From Mytilus trossulus (lineage: Eukaryota), in NCBI RefSeq assembly GCF_036588685.1, contig NC_086380.1, positions 58,528,001-58,592,000 of the forward strand: a stretch of DNA of 64,000 nucleotides, written 5' to 3'. The notes under the pieces were generated by a model that searched no databases, was not told where the DNA came from, and was given only the letters and a program-made list of their open reading frames with translations. Below, in pieces: positions 24,608 through 38,922 of the stretch; positions within the stretch are counted from its first letter, which is position 1, and each line of letters opens with the position of its first letter. The position numbers were made by a program, and so were the translations under genes.

Positions 24608-24653
24608 GCGTCACTGATGAGTCTTTTTTTTAGACGAAACGCGCGTCTGGCGT
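24608..24653 (+). ncRNA. Minimal type I hammerhead ribozyme (intact core) within a retrozyme/Penelope-like repeat fragment
   Basis: Stem I gcgtca/tggcgt; CTGATGA 24614-24620; stem II gtct/agac with a T7 loop; GAAA 24636-24639; palindromic stem III acgcgcgt; GTC cleavage triplet ending at 24647. Confidence 0.8.
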
Positions 24654-24966
24654 ATATACAAAATTTAATTTCTGAAACTGAAAAAAACCCTTAGATAACC
24701 AATGCTGAAAATACTTTAATTCTTTTGGAATCAGTTCCTTTAAGTTCTCAGGGCATTATATAAATTTATTTCTGGTTTTATTCTTTTTCTGGGGGAGTGG
24801 GGTAAGCGTTTGGTGCTACATGTTCATTTAGGTAAATATAGGCTGGTAAAACTATGATGACATTTACAAAATCTTCAGTTCAGAAACAACTTAATCTTCC
24901 TGTAAATTCACACAGCGGAATGATACCAACACATTATAAATAAAAAAAGGAGTAAATAAATAAGAT

Positions 24967-24977
24967 GGAAAGTTTCC
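24967..24977. promoter_or_regulatory. NF-kB/Rel-like site GGAAAGTTTCC; also at 41807-41817
   Basis: Retained in two otherwise diverged paralogous blocks. Confidence 0.4.
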
Positions 24978-26768
24978 AACTCCAAATGAAAAAATGCATT
25001 TCTCAAAAATTCGCCTAAGTTACTATAAGATTAAGTCGTTTTCAAACCTTTTATGCGATATGTCAAGTTGGTTTGTTCCGTATATTTAATGTTCATGAAA
25101 AATGACTATCACATAAAGGCCCTTAATATTTAAACACAAATTTTATTACATTGCAATTTTACTCCCTCTTCTGTTAGCTTCATAAGGAACAACACATAAC
25201 TAAAGAGATATGGAATGTATATGACAAAAATACACTGTCAACATTATAATCTATATTTGCAAGTAACGAAAGCCAAATGACGATTACTCTTTCCCGGAAG
25301 ACACTTATTAGTAATTGCGACAATAATTAGGATCCAGGAGACAAAACAGTGGTAATCTTCATCATAGACATACAGAAATACTGACTAAAAATTCAAACAA
25401 ACAAGGCGCCGTGTTGAAGGCCGTACTTTAATCTATAATGGTTTAATTTTTAAATTGTTATTTGAAATAAATCTAGCAAAGCGGCCACTAAAACGCACAA
25501 TGACGTACTCGAATACGTTATCCCGAAAAGTTAGAAATCAAGTCAATAGATATAGGAAGATGTGGTGTGAGTGCCAATGAGACAACTCTCCATCCAAGTA
25601 ACAATTTAAAAAGTAAACCATTATAGGTTAAAGTGCGGCCTTCAACACGGAGCATTGGCTCACACCGAACAACAAGCTATAAAGGGCCCCAAAATTACTA
25701 GTGTAAAACCATGCAAACGGGAAAACCAACGGTCTAAATAAATATATATACAAGTGAAAACAAAAATAAAACAACACAATGAAAACCTCTTGATATTTAA
25801 CTTGGTCGCAAAACAATATAACATATGAATATGTTAAATATTTAGATATGTTCTAGATGCTTACTTGCAAAGCAATAACTAATCTTTATATATATATGAA
25901 AAGTATATAAGAAATACCAAAAAATGTCGCAGATTCAGTAAGATGTGCAAAACTGATGTATTAAATATGTTCTGATATTCCTCAAATGAATGCGTATTTC
26001 CAAATAATGAAAACAATATATACATGATATAGAACGAGTGTAAAATGTTGTAATGCCCCACCTACGATAGTAAAGGGGCATTATGTGTTCTGATCTGTGT
26101 GAACGTTTGTCAGTCCGTACGTTCGTCCGTCCGTTTGTTCGTCCGTCTGTCCCGCTTCAGGTTAGAACATTTTGGTCAAGGTAGTTTTTGATGAAACTTG
26201 AAACTTTGTACACATGGTCCTTATGTTATAATCTTTGTATTTTAAAGCCAAATTAGACTTTTGTCCCAAATTTCACGGTCGACTGAACAAAGAAAATGAA
26301 AGTGCGAGTTTCAGGTTAAAGTTTTTGGTCAAGGTAGTTTTTGAAGAAATTGAAATCCCAATGGTATGATTTTTCGAATCTTAATGCCAAATTAGATTTT
26401 GTATTCAATTTTAGGGTCCATTGAACATGGAAAATTCTAATACGAGTGGGGCATCCGTGTACTTTGGACACATTCTTGTAAATTATCTTTTTTCCTCAAT
26501 CAAGCACTTCAAACACATTTCTAGAATACACAGATAATCTATAAAAATAACTAAAACAAGTCACTTATTTACTTATTAAATAAGATGTAGGGACTAGAAT
26601 TACTTTTCACAAACCTTCAACCCATTAGCAGCAATTGTGTTACAATGATCTATTCCATTATGATTATTTTGATAAAGTAAACAATGACATCAATGAGTAT
26701 AAAATTTGGTGGTTCCTTTGAAAATGTTTAGGAAAAAACATTGTCTCTTCGACTCTGCACAATCAACT

Positions 26769-27000
26769 TTCTGGTGATCAGAAATAGTCCTCAATTCAAC
26801 AGAAAATCTAAATATTAAGAAGAGCTGGTTGAGACAATGACTTTTACAAATATGATGTATAAGAGACCTATGTTTGTGTAGCCTTTGTATGTTAAAAGCC
26901 AAGAGTGGTGAAAAAAAAATATACAAATAACCCTTGCTGGATCACCAGCTGAGTGTTCGAATAAAATGTAATGTCCATGATATCCACAACATCAATTCCA
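26769..27000 (+). pseudogene. Decayed IL-17 fragment upstream of copy 3
   Basis: Paralog of 18169-18400 with the same TAG and TGA stops. Confidence 0.85.
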
Positions 27001-27463
27001 TATAATTTCGTTTATAACACACTAAATACGAATCAATCAATCAAATTAGCCTTTAATACACGCCTCGTGTATAGTACAGAATAAGAAGTAAGTGTCGTAC
27101 TTGAGAAAACAATAAAACTATTAAGGATAAAATTACTTAATCTTATGAGTGTATGAAGACAAGTTTTTTACCGGAACGAAAATTTACTTGTGGGAGGAAT
27201 GATAAGGGATATCTATGTATTTTTCTTAGCATACACTATTAAAATAAAGTTCCCAATTTGTGGGACAAAGGTGAGTTAATCAGCCGTATGAGCTGTTTCA
27301 ACACCCATGCAGTTATTAAATGATTCCCAATTTATAAAAATAGAACGCATCCGGAGAAATGCACGGTTTAAATATTGTTCACCACCAGATCTGTATGCAT
27401 AACAGCAACAACTAAAGACAAGAACACAATCAGCATCAAGAAGTTCTCAAGAAAATATACAAG

Positions 27464-28346
27464 ATGAATTTAATCAATGTAAGCAACAATAGTTCAATGT
27501 TTCAATTACTCAGTTAAAAAGTGATGTCTATATATCACGACCATAGTTTATTTTCATTCACATCTAGCATCAATAGATGAAATTCCTTAACCAATCTATA
27601 AAACTAAAAAAAAGAAGTAATTTAAACCAATCTATAAAACTAAAAAATAGAAGTATTTTAAACCATTTGTTTTAATAATGAACGAATTTTTGAATTGCCT
27701 CTGCAATTGTTAATACTGTTGGGAAATCTAATAAACTTGAAACCTCAATTGAGTTTTTTCTTCATTTCATTTTCAGATCCTTATAATTGCCAAAGTATAC
27801 ATTACATATTGTATCGTGTTCGTCAAAAGTGCACCAACATGTACAGACCCTAAAGACGTACAGGCTAAATTCGACAGTATAATCGGAGGAGTAGATTACA
27901 GGACATTATTTTTCACTGACGGCTGGAAACAAGACACAATGGTCAGTGATTTTGAGAAACTGATATCTATAAGGGAAGATTTAACTAAAATTGGTTGTCC
28001 TTCAACATTTTTAGAAGGTTTTCATCTCCCATTAATGGCACGTACATCATGCCCTTGGTTTTTAGAGCAAACGCCATACATTGCTGAAACATATCCCCAT
28101 ACACTCTATAGAGCTGCTACCAAATGTACTAAATGTATAGATGCTTCTGGCGATCAGAAATGTTCACCAATTCAACAGAAAATCAAGATTTTACGAAGAA
28201 CTGGTTGTGACAATGGGCTTTATAAATATGAAGTCTCAGAGACCTATATCCCAATAGCCTATGTATGTGAAAAGCAAAGAGAGGTCGAAAATGATGTTCC
28301 AATAACCCCTGCCCTACCACCAGCTGATGGACCAGAAGGAATGTAA
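27464..28346 (+). CDS. IL17: IL-17-family cytokine, copy 3 (type B); exon 1 27464-27478, exon 2 27777-28346
   Basis: Intact ORF and splice sites; type-B residues VKSAP, KCTKC, IQQK, ETY, ENDV, GPEGM. Confidence 0.9.
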
Positions 28347-28959
28347 GGTTCATGATATACAACACAAACATTCCAGAGTTACTGGAACACATATTGTAAT
28401 GTCCTATGGACATATATGTTTTTATATTTATGATATTGTTTTGTTAAATATTGACATAAACGATAAGACTAGTGAAATTTCCGTCCCCAAAAACATTTCT
28501 TTACGTAAACTAGTCCTAACCTTTGCATGTTTAAAAAAAGATATATGTTAGTATGTTATTTATTTTCGGTACACTTTTACTTTTAGTGTTAAAGTATGTA
28601 TCTTTAGTTTCAAATATAAGCGAGTGTGAGAGTGTAAATCTGTACATTTTATTATATGTATTTAATGAAAACAATACTTGATTAATGTCCGAAGCACTTT
28701 TCTAGATTCCTTTCATAAGTTACACTCAAAGCCGAATATTCAAAACTAAAGGATGCATAAGAACCAGTTAAAGAGCTATATGACAAAACGGACATAGAAA
28801 TCTGAATGCTAAGATCCAATTTGCCATATAATATATGTTTTCTGTGTTTTAAAAGATTAAAAAAAGTATCAAATGCTATTAATGATGTAAAGTATTTGAA
28901 TCATATCAGTGTGTTAAATAATTAATTCCTGTGAACTAATCGAATTTTATTCAACAAAT

Positions 28960-29152
28960 ATAAAAAGAAGAAGATGTGGTATGATTGCCAATGAGACAAC
29001 ACTCCACAAGAGACCAAAATAACACAGAAATTAACAACTATAGGTCACCGTACGGCATTCAACAATGAGCAAAGCCAATACCACAATGACAGCTATAAAA
29101 GGCTCCAAAATGACAATGTAAAACAATTCAAAAGAGAAAACTAACGGCCTTT
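28960..29152. repeat. Interspersed ~190-bp SINE-like family (aagatgtggtatgattgccaatgagac...); copies at 37920-38105, 62755-62945, a variant at 25544-25737, and truncated copies at 11490-11622, 20180-20312, 45580-45713, 54040-54171
   Basis: Multiple dispersed copies within the window in unrelated contexts. Confidence 0.7.
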
Positions 29153-31124
29153 TTTAAAGCAGGGTTGTTTTTGTTTATCATAAAAATATTTTTTAAATGT
29201 GATTTTTAAGAACATTATATAAAGTTGTTTATTATCTGCCATAACAGTGTCAAAAAGTATCTTATTATAAATCTATATTGTATTTTATTTATTTTTATTT
29301 TGAAGCTTTGTATGCTTTTAATGTTGCATTTATTTGTTATTACTTTTTGTAATAAAATTTTACTTTTTATAATTTCTGTCTTATTCATGTTATAAACGTC
29401 TACATATTGGTATTTAAAAAAACACAACAATTTAATAACAGATAAAGAAATATGATCAGGTGATTATTTATCATGTTTATGATGTATAAACCTCTGCCAT
29501 ATGTTAAAAGATAGAAACTATACAACTACCCTAAAGTCTTCCAGTGGGTTAAGTATATCAGTTACGATTTGGCTCCCTCAAATACGACTATCAGGACCTG
29601 ATCATATAACCCTGAACCGGTCTAACAAATTGTCAAAAGCTGCAAAATGCAATTTATATTACAGTTTTACATTGTGTTATATAAAATGTTGTATTGTACA
29701 ATATGACAAATATGATTGATAACACTGTCTTTTGATTCCGATAAAAGTTTGTATTTATCATGTTGAAAGAAAGGTTAAATTTCCAGCATATCATTGATTA
29801 ACATTGCTTTCAAGCATTTTAATTAGTCTGAATATTCAATCCTTTTCATGAAAGAAGTTCGTATCATCAGAAAGGTATTCCCCAGGACGAACAATCTTCA
29901 TCTGGCGACACCTCTCTGTAGACAAACGGAAGACTACTGGATTTAAAAATATGCACTGCGACATCATAATTTTGTAATTTCACAATTGAGGGTATAGGTA
30001 ATCTATCTACGCCATCCAGTAGCTCGGAGAATATGATGAACATTTTCACGAATTCTTCATAACGTAGATAAAGTCATGGCTATTATTTTTTATATATAAC
30101 TCTCCATGATGTTCATTTAAATGAATTGCTGCCCTTTAAACAAAAGCCGTTGGGTATCTATCACATCTATACAAATTGTTATACCTTAGCACCTTATAAA
30201 CTCCATCCTGTGTATGTTTGAAAGATGTGTGGAAATAAATTACAAACTCATATAAAAAACAATATAAACTTGATGCTACTGTCATACAAGTTAGAGGTTT
30301 AGCTCAATAAAACCAGGTTCAATCCCCCATTTCCTAAGAAAATGCCTGTACCAAGTCAGGAATATGACAGTTGTTGTCCCTTCGTTTGATGTGTTTGTGC
30401 TTTTGATTTTGCCATTTAATTAGGGAATCAGTATTTTTGTGATTATACTTTTTTACAGCTATCATCTTGGATATTGCCAGTCACAGATTTTTTAAACAAG
30501 TTTTCATTGGAAAAGATGAAAAGGAGAACATATACTTTCCTTCACCAAATAGGGTTTGAATTATGCATTATTCTCTTTCAGTTTATACGAAAAAAACACT
30601 CTATTGTCAAGATCAGTCGATAACAATCCTTTCTTATACCTAAATCAAACTAAAATTTTCAATAACAAACACGTGTAGCTGGTCCTCAAGTTTAAACCGC
30701 CTGATTGCAGATGTAATAGTTCCCAATTTATATTATCCGACTGTCCACCCTATTACTGACGACCTTAAAATTGTAAATAACACTTTTCTACAGTAAGTGT
30801 TACCCAAAGGCCCAAAATATCTGGAGCCTTAATCCATCAATTTGAAACACACCATGACACAGTTGGATTATGCCATGCAACTGGTTAAACACTAGAAATA
30901 AAAGGTAGATACTTTTTTCGCAGAAATTTAGACTGTGAGGTCGTTAATAAAAATCCGTATTGAAAAACCCTGAATGATTCTATGAATAAATATGCAACAT
31001 CAATCATTAAAGACCAAAAGATTGCAAATTACATTTCCTTCCTCCATGACAAAAAGTATGTTGGCGTGAATCAGTTGTGGATACTAAACAATTCCAAAAA
31101 TCCGTTAGAGTATATACAATATAA

Positions 31125-32270
31125 GGCCGTGTTCACACCAAACGTCATGTACAGTTAACTTGTTCCCAATTAGTTCAAAGCAATGTACACTGGTTTTACA
31201 TTAAGTTTGTTCACAACTGTACATATGGTTTAATACTTTGTACATAAGTTTATCACACTTGTAAACTAACTGTCATTTACATGTAATTACATAAAACTGT
31301 ATTCAAATTTCATGGACAATTTTTCTTGCAGTAATGAAAGCCGTTTTGACGAATTGCAGTTCTATAAGATCTTATAAGGTACTAAAGATGTCTCAATTAC
31401 GCAATAAAACAACGAAGGCGGCAGAACGTGCTTAGGGAGCAACAATGTAACTTAAGAAGAGGAGAGTGGATTTTTAGTTTTTTGTCCGAATCAGAAAATC
31501 ATGTTCAAAGCTATCATGAAAATGTTTTTTTTTTTTTTTAAATATTTAACACTATGCAGAAAATCTAGATTCATTATTTTTTTTTTGTCATCTGCTTGAC
31601 CAGAATATTTTTTCTTCATTATAATTTTTATATTTTTTTTAAATTCTAGCCAAGCAACAATACAATTTACAAAATTAGTAATGCATTAATGAGTTAATTG
31701 AGTAAAGACCAGTGGCAAATAGTTCATGCATATTTCAAACGACGTACAAATTATATTAAGTGAGGTTCTCATTCAAAGTTGTTTTCTTTCCCGGGTTAAT
31801 TAGGCAAAGAGAAACTGTACTTGCTTTTGTACCAACCAAATCATCCAGTTGCTCATAAATGTGACAGTCCATGCGGCAAGATATTTTCGAATGTGTTGGG
31901 CAAGGATGATGGTTTGAGACTCGATTAGGGAGTTAATAAAGCTTCCTAAAGTTTTGTTTTATAACAAAACAATATATCGGGTTTAGACAAATAATTCGAC
32001 AAAGAACTTTATTAATATTTGTTATAAATATTAATTTTATAGTTCACGTTTCTTCTTTAAATTTACATGGTAAAATTCATGTTCTAAATACCCTTTTTTG
32101 TGTACACTTAACACACACAAGGCATACATTGACTTTCGACTGCATGTATACCAAACATGATTTAAACTACATGTACACATTGCGTTATATCAATGGGAAT
32201 GTAACTGTGTTCAGTTTACGTGTGAATTACACTAACACAACACCGAGGTTAGGTCAATGTTAACGCGGCC
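31125..32270. mobile_element. Non-autonomous PIF/Harbinger-like element nested in the RT relic
   Basis: TIRs ggccgtgttcaca / tgttaacgcggcc with TAA/TTA flanks; removing it rejoins the RT-like sequence tatatacaatataa|gactc. Confidence 0.6.
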
Positions 32271-32298
32271 TTAGACTCGTTCATCTTACAATAGTATA

Positions 32299-32436
32299 TT
32301 AGGAGCCAGCCGAAGGACGCCTCACGGTGCGGGAGTTTCTCGCTGCATTGAGGACACATTGGTGGCTTTCGGCTGTGTCTGCTCTATGGTCGGGTTGTTG
32401 TCTTTTTGACACATTCCCCATTGCCAGTCTCAATTC
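32299..32436 (+). repeat. GC-richer SINE-like fragment inserted in the RT relic
   Basis: Sharp compositional change; its tail gttgttgtctttttgacacattcc is related to the reversed fragments at ~15075-15115 and paralogs. Confidence 0.5.
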
Positions 32437-33886
32437 TATGTATTCACATTTGACCGATTTACACTCTACACTAGTATTCCTTATTCCGAAATAAAAACAA
32501 AGAAAATCGGACGTGTTGGTTCCCTTGTAAAAGGCCAAAGTAGCTGCGCTGCACATATCATATGATAGGGAGGGATATATAAACCCTACTTTGGAAAAAT
32601 CTGACTCTGTTTCAAACAAAAAGTTCTCAGGCACTTACATCATCAAAACGCCGGAATTTCTTTATTGACAACATACATGTGTTACGCTATTGAGGAGGTT
32701 GTGTTGGTTTTTTTTAGAAAACAACCACCGTCCCCAAAGGAACCAACTATGCTCCTCTTCTTGTAAACTTATTCCTTTATTTGTTTCAGGCCAACTTACT
32801 ACAGGAGTTTCTTGAAAACGAAAGAAAACTGAGAAGTAGGCATTATTTTTAACTGCACATTCCGCTATTTGAATGATGTCCTTTCATTTCCTAATTTGAA
32901 GTTTATGTAGCATATTGAACGCATCTATCCCATCGACTTTGAGTCTGCCTTATATCTTGACCGACATCTAGAAATTGAAAATAAGGGTCGTTTGAAAATA
33001 AACGTTAACGAGAAAGGAGATGGTTTTAGGAACTGTCCATTTCTATAATGCAGCATTTCAGCAGCGAGGCCATTTTAAATGGTCTGCACGAAAGGGTGAC
33101 TTTCAAAACATTGTAACTCGCTTAGCCATATAGAGTGAGATATCAACGGCGTATGTTTTATCACAAACTTGCCTTTTGAAGTATAAGAACATGATCGAGG
33201 AATAGAAGATAGATACCAAAGTAAGGGAAAAGGGGGGGGGGGGGTAAACTCATAAGTTTAAAATAAACAAATCAATACCTGAAAAGAAAAAGAGACAATC
33301 AGACATAAAACAGTACAATAAAAACAACAAAGATAAATTAAAGACTAGAATGAGCAATATGAACCCCAACGAAAAATGTGGGTGATCTCAAATACTCATG
33401 AAGATCCACGGAGGGTAAACAGCGACTGTCCAACACTTTAGCCAGGTAAGTACGAACCCGGATATAAGTCTAAATCTCTAGGTCGCATTTGGAAAAATAA
33501 CCGAGACTGGATTGTAGTTTTGACAATTGGAATATTTCTTCTGTTGTCATTTGTGTAACGGATATCCATAACGCCTATCGTCATTATGAGATGATAATAT
33601 CGGCTTGTTTAGCGTAAATAAATTGAATTATATTTATTTTCAAATATATAAAACAAAATATTTCAAGAGGACAAGTTTTACTTTAAATCTTTATGAATGT
33701 ATCCTGAAAAATAGATCTCCTATCGCAACTTCTATGTTCATTAACTCCATACATATGTGTGGAGTCGTCATGATAGCCTCGGAATAGTAATGAAGATGGT
33801 TTCATTTTTCAGTTTACTTTTTAAAATGCGATATTCTTTTTATTTATCTTAAACTGGTTTTCTAGAGGGTTGTTTTTGTGTGTGTT

Positions 33887-33908
33887 GGGGGGGGGGGGGG
33901 GGGGGGGG
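33887..33908 (+). repeat. Poly-G tract (another at 33232-33244)
   Basis: Run of ~22 G. Confidence 0.9.
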
Positions 33909-35039
33909 CGGAGTTTGCATTATGTTTTATTAGTTTTTGTATAAGCACCAAATGACTAATTATGTAAACTATATTTGTGCGGTAATCTATTATATGAACG
34001 TGTTTTAGAACATCGTTTACGGAAAAGAAGAAATATGACATCACTTTTCAAACAGGTTGATACGGAAGAATTTTCCAGGTTTCTTTTCTCTTTAATAGGT
34101 TAACATACTTGTAAAAGAGTAAACTTATAATTTTAAAACAACATTTTACATTACCTACACACTACGCCGTAAACCACAATCATATATAATTTCAAATCCC
34201 CTTCTTTGGCCGGAAATATTTGTTTAAAGTTTAAGCACCTATGTTTAATGTAGCCAACCAAATGTATCACACTTTTTAAACGTTCATTGTTAAAAATAGA
34301 AAGGAACGGTTGTTGAGTTGTAGCGAAAAATTTGTGTTCATTGGTTGCTTATAGATTCGTCATATTGAACATGTTGACAGTGATGTATGCACCATGTTTT
34401 AAATGACGTAAACCCGATTTAATTTTGGGAATATACCTGTCTTTTTTTAAATTTTAATAATTTGTTTAGCTTTTCACTCATTCACTTATGTGCATCTTAT
34501 GTTTAATTCTTTCAATAATTTTCACAGAAAGGACACCATTATTACCATAAACGCTTATATTCTATCAATATATACATACGTAGCTACAAATTATGCAATT
34601 GTGGCTGGACATAAATGTAGATCGGGGTTATATATTATTTCTTATAAAATCAAACGATATAAAACAAGAGACTTGTTGACTAAATTGTATTTTCGTTATA
34701 TCTATTTGCGTGTTTTCATGGGGAATTCATATTTATTACTTATTTAACTGATAAGATAAAACTTCTCTTGATTATCACAATAAAATATTTGCTAAAACAA
34801 ATACCAGCTAATACACGAACTTTTGTAATTATTGAATCGAAGCATTTAACTTATCATCCTTCAAACCAGACATGCGGTTAATTTTTATGTAGACTCGTCT
34901 AACGTAAAACATAAAATTTTAATCCTGGTTTATATGATGAGTTTATTTACAACCACTGGGTCGATGCCACTGCTGGTGGAATTTTATTGTTTATGATTCA
35001 TGTATGTACGTTGCACAAAACTTAATCGATAAAATTACT

Positions 35040-35896
35040 ATGATATTATTACGTAAGTATTTCTGTATTGGCCTGAGGCGAAGCCGAAGGCCAATACAGC
35101 TGGCCGAGGACCAATAACAAGGCCAATACAGAAATACACGTAATAGTATCTTTATTAATTAACTACAGTGTTACAATTTTATTTTTTTTTTTCATTTCAC
35201 AAGAGATAAATATTTTTACCTTGAAAATTGTTGAAGTGGAACTATCCAAATCTCAGTTTCTTTTTATTAGATGCAATATATATAATGATCTGGTGCTGTT
35301 TCTAGGTGTCTTCAGCATTTTCTCATCTGATGAATTTTTCTACCCTTTCCAGTCACTATAAAGTGTTGATATTGATACCACTATCCATAAGCCAAATTAC
35401 CAAAGAACAGAGATTTTCATAGTTACAGAATGCCTGGTTCGGGTTGAAAAAATAAATGAAAGTTTACAAAAAAAAAAGAGCGAAAGTAAACAGGTCCGAG
35501 GTCGTCAAGAAATGAACTTTGTGATAATCTACTCGTTCCCCAAACCTGAAAAAGTTCTATCATCTGCTTTCAAAATACTTTTTAAATGAATGTGACCGTC
35601 TTTAGCCTGAAATGTATGCCATACTGACATTTTCAGCATGTTTAGATGACTAAATGACAACTGTGTCTTCAAAACAACTGCTTACTTTCAGTTTCTGTTT
35701 TTCATGACTTTCGATGTAAAAACTAGAGACGTTCCGAAATCCTGCACTTGTGCCAACTCGGCCAACATAGAATAACTCGGCCAATACAAAAAAAATCTAT
35801 ATTGGCCGAGTTATTCTGTATTGGCCGAGTTTACACCTTATATTGAATAGGAAGGTTTCATCATATTAAGTCCAATAACAGTGTAGTTAATTAATA
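35040..35896 (-). mobile_element. HINE-like element, family 3
   Basis: Terminal hairpin 35047-35145; 21-bp subTIRs at 35153-35173 and 35876-35896 (one mismatch); internal hairpin ~35756-35831; absent from the opposite arm of the inverted duplication. Confidence 0.7.
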
Positions 35897-37320
35897 CTTC
35901 AATATAAAACTATCTACAGCCCAAATAAATGCATTTTAAAACAAATACCACATTTTGATAGCAAAATAATAAATAAAAAACAAACATTCATTGATTCTTT
36001 TAAAAATAAAAATTACAGCCCTGTCCGTTATGACCATAGTTGCATTTATGTTGTAAGTTTACCATTTACCATGTCCAGTATGTATTTTGTGATTTAATAT
36101 TCCAGATCATTTAACATGGATAGGGAAAGTTCATTAACTAGGTTAATCAATACGGAAGTACTGTATTTCACTCTAGAAGGCCGTTTACACTTCATTAACT
36201 TTAAATGGAAATGAAATCGCGTACCAATTGAAAATAGTTCAGTTATCATTAACAATAAAAGCGTATATTTAATCGAGGCATACTATTTGAAATACCTTCA
36301 ACATTTTCTTCATTGTTAAAGTGTGTCCGCTGTAAGAGTAAATTGGAGTAAATGAAACGACAACATAATTTAAGCCGATTTTCAAATCTCGAAAATTCAT
36401 GTTTGAAATGTAACCTTTATTAAGATGAAGGAGTCACATGAACTCCAAACGGAATAAGAATGTCGATGGGGTGTACGTGCCCCTTCATGTATGTACTAGA
36501 TAACATTATTCGTTTTGCAGGGGAGTAAAAATCAATGAGGCATTCAATAATCTTTTTTTACAGAATTGCCTATAGAAGTACTGAGGACATAACGTTCATT
36601 TATTTTTGTATGTACTTCAAAAGACTGTACTCTGCAAAACTCTTAATGTGTTCAATCAATTTAATTGTCACGAGCATCACTATAGCCACTTTATTTTCTT
36701 CAAACATTATTTATCGTGTTTGTCAAGTTTAGAAAAATTCAAGAAGTTTTTTTTTTATATATTTGCTTGGTTTTATTTAAACAAAACAAAAACATATAAA
36801 AGATAAAGTTCATTCAAAGCAAACAGTGTGTTTTATTTTGTGTTTGTACATATCGTTTATAATTCAATTTTGTAATTTAATGAAATTAATTTCTGTTTTG
36901 AAACGTCACACACCAATCACAGATGCAGGTTGTATCGTTTTATTTTGTTAATATTACTTCAACTACAGGGCATATGGACATAGTTATTCGCTCATTCTTT
37001 CATTATTACATTCATTTCATAGTATATAGTTAACCTGCTAAGTAAATGCTTGTTTGACAGTAAAAGGTCATCTGATAACGTTAATCTTAAAGATAATACA
37101 TCTATAAGGTAAACGGTTCTTCTATTACATGTTTTGTAAAAGTGTTTATCTCTTAACAAGTAAAAGAATTGGTGTATATACAAACAGATCAATGACATAA
37201 TAATAAAATAAAGTTATTACAATTTCCTTATATTTTTGTAAATCGGAAGTTCATTTATTTCAGGAAACTTGCCATTGCAAAAATATGTTGACGTTAATAA
37301 CGACAGAAAATTACCCTTAA

Positions 37321-37903
37321 TGTAGTATGGGAGTCTAAAATAAAAATGATAGAATTTGTTCATACTTTGTCAAAATGTAGTATCTATTGATACATGTTCA
37401 AAAATATTAGAAAAATGATAGGTCACCGCGCATTTTCTCAAGCTACAGGACGTGACAAAATGACAAATTTTGTATGGATTATACAGGAAAAAACAACATT
37501 TTGTGTATAGAAACTAAACAAAATGATAGAATTGTAAAATAAATTAGGAAAAGATTGCTTTCAGACAATGCTTTGAGAATATCAAAAGAAAAGATAGGGT
37601 CACCTTACGTTTTTTCCGGCTAAAAGACAAAATAGGAAAATTTCATGTAGAGTTCAACAGAAATTGCACTGTTTTAGTGTTACCTCCCCTTAAAATGCCA
37701 ATTTGAAAATATTCAAAATCTACAAAAAATGATCTGCACTTGTAAAAATATTAATATTTCTAAGTTATATTCTTATAAATTGGTTCTTTTAAATGAAAAT
37801 TCCCATTAAGTATTTGCATTCCTGCATCAAATTTGATAGAAAATATGGACCTTAGATTCTCTGTTTTTTACAATCCAAGATGGCGAAAGACACCCATACC
37901 ACC
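37321..37903. mobile_element. MITE with TTAA target duplication (Kolobok/piggyBac-type)
   Basis: ttaa|tgtagtatgggagtct ... agacacccataccacc|ttaa. Confidence 0.7.
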
Positions 37904-38922
37904 TTAAAACACATCTATAAAAAAAAGATGTGGTATGGTTGCCAATGAGACAACTGTCCACAAGAGACCAAAATGACACAGGCATTAACAGCTATAGGTC
38001 ACCGTACGGCCTTCAACAATGAGAAATCCCATACCGCATAGTCAGCTATAAAAGGCCCCGATAAGACAATGTAAAACAATTCAAACGAGAAAACTAACGG
38101 CATTTTTTATATAAGCAGTGAAAACTCAGAGAAGACACCATTTTAATCAACATCTACCCGATCATTGCATTCACACTCGTTAAAGCTAAATACATTCAAA
38201 AAGGAGACATACATTTCTTTAATATCGTCATTAAACTGTAATCTTATCTTGTCTGTAATTCTATTCCAGATGTAACTACAGAACTGTATTATAATATATA
38301 TTTTTTCGAGTTTTCAGTTATTCTTTTAAGAAAGGTATGTCAGTTTCCCCCAAACTACTGACTACTGAACTGATAATACACTCGGGGACTGATAGCCAAC
38401 AAGCAGCCTTTTCTTATATCACTTTTTGCGAACAGAAACACTAAAATGAATTAAATTGTATTCTAAAAAAAAATGGCAGAATGTAAAATAATGCTTGAGC
38501 CGAATGCCGAAGCGTGGAGAAAACAATATTGGAAAAAAAACTAAATAGAAAAATTGTGCATGTCATCAAAACAAAGACACTCAAAATTGTATAAAGGTCT
38601 CAAAAAGCATTCTAACAAAATGCAGGAATGCATTGTGGGGATAACTTTATGTCGTCATTAGCATCAGCAAATCTTTGCAAATGCAAACTTCCGACTAACA
38701 AAAAAACCCAGCATAAACACACTGTGTGCTTATTTAATAAATACTTTTTGTTAAATCAAAATAAAACAAAACACTAAACAAAGGAATCCTGTTCCCTCAG
38801 AAAACTTAAATTATCTGAATGAATTTTATCTTTTATGTGTTTTATTTATCTTAAACTAGACAAATACGATGTCATTTTTTTTATAAAACTAAATGCCTAA
38901 GGGTGATGTTAGCAACAATTAA

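Larger units (their letters stand above)
30960..33070 (+). pseudogene. Decayed reverse transcriptase of a Penelope-like retroelement, split by nested insertions
   Basis: Remnants VNQLWILNNSK (~31065), PKGTNYAPLLVNLFLY (~32733), FRYLNDVLS (~32860; YIDD-like), IYPI, SALYLDRHLEIE. Confidence 0.7.
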
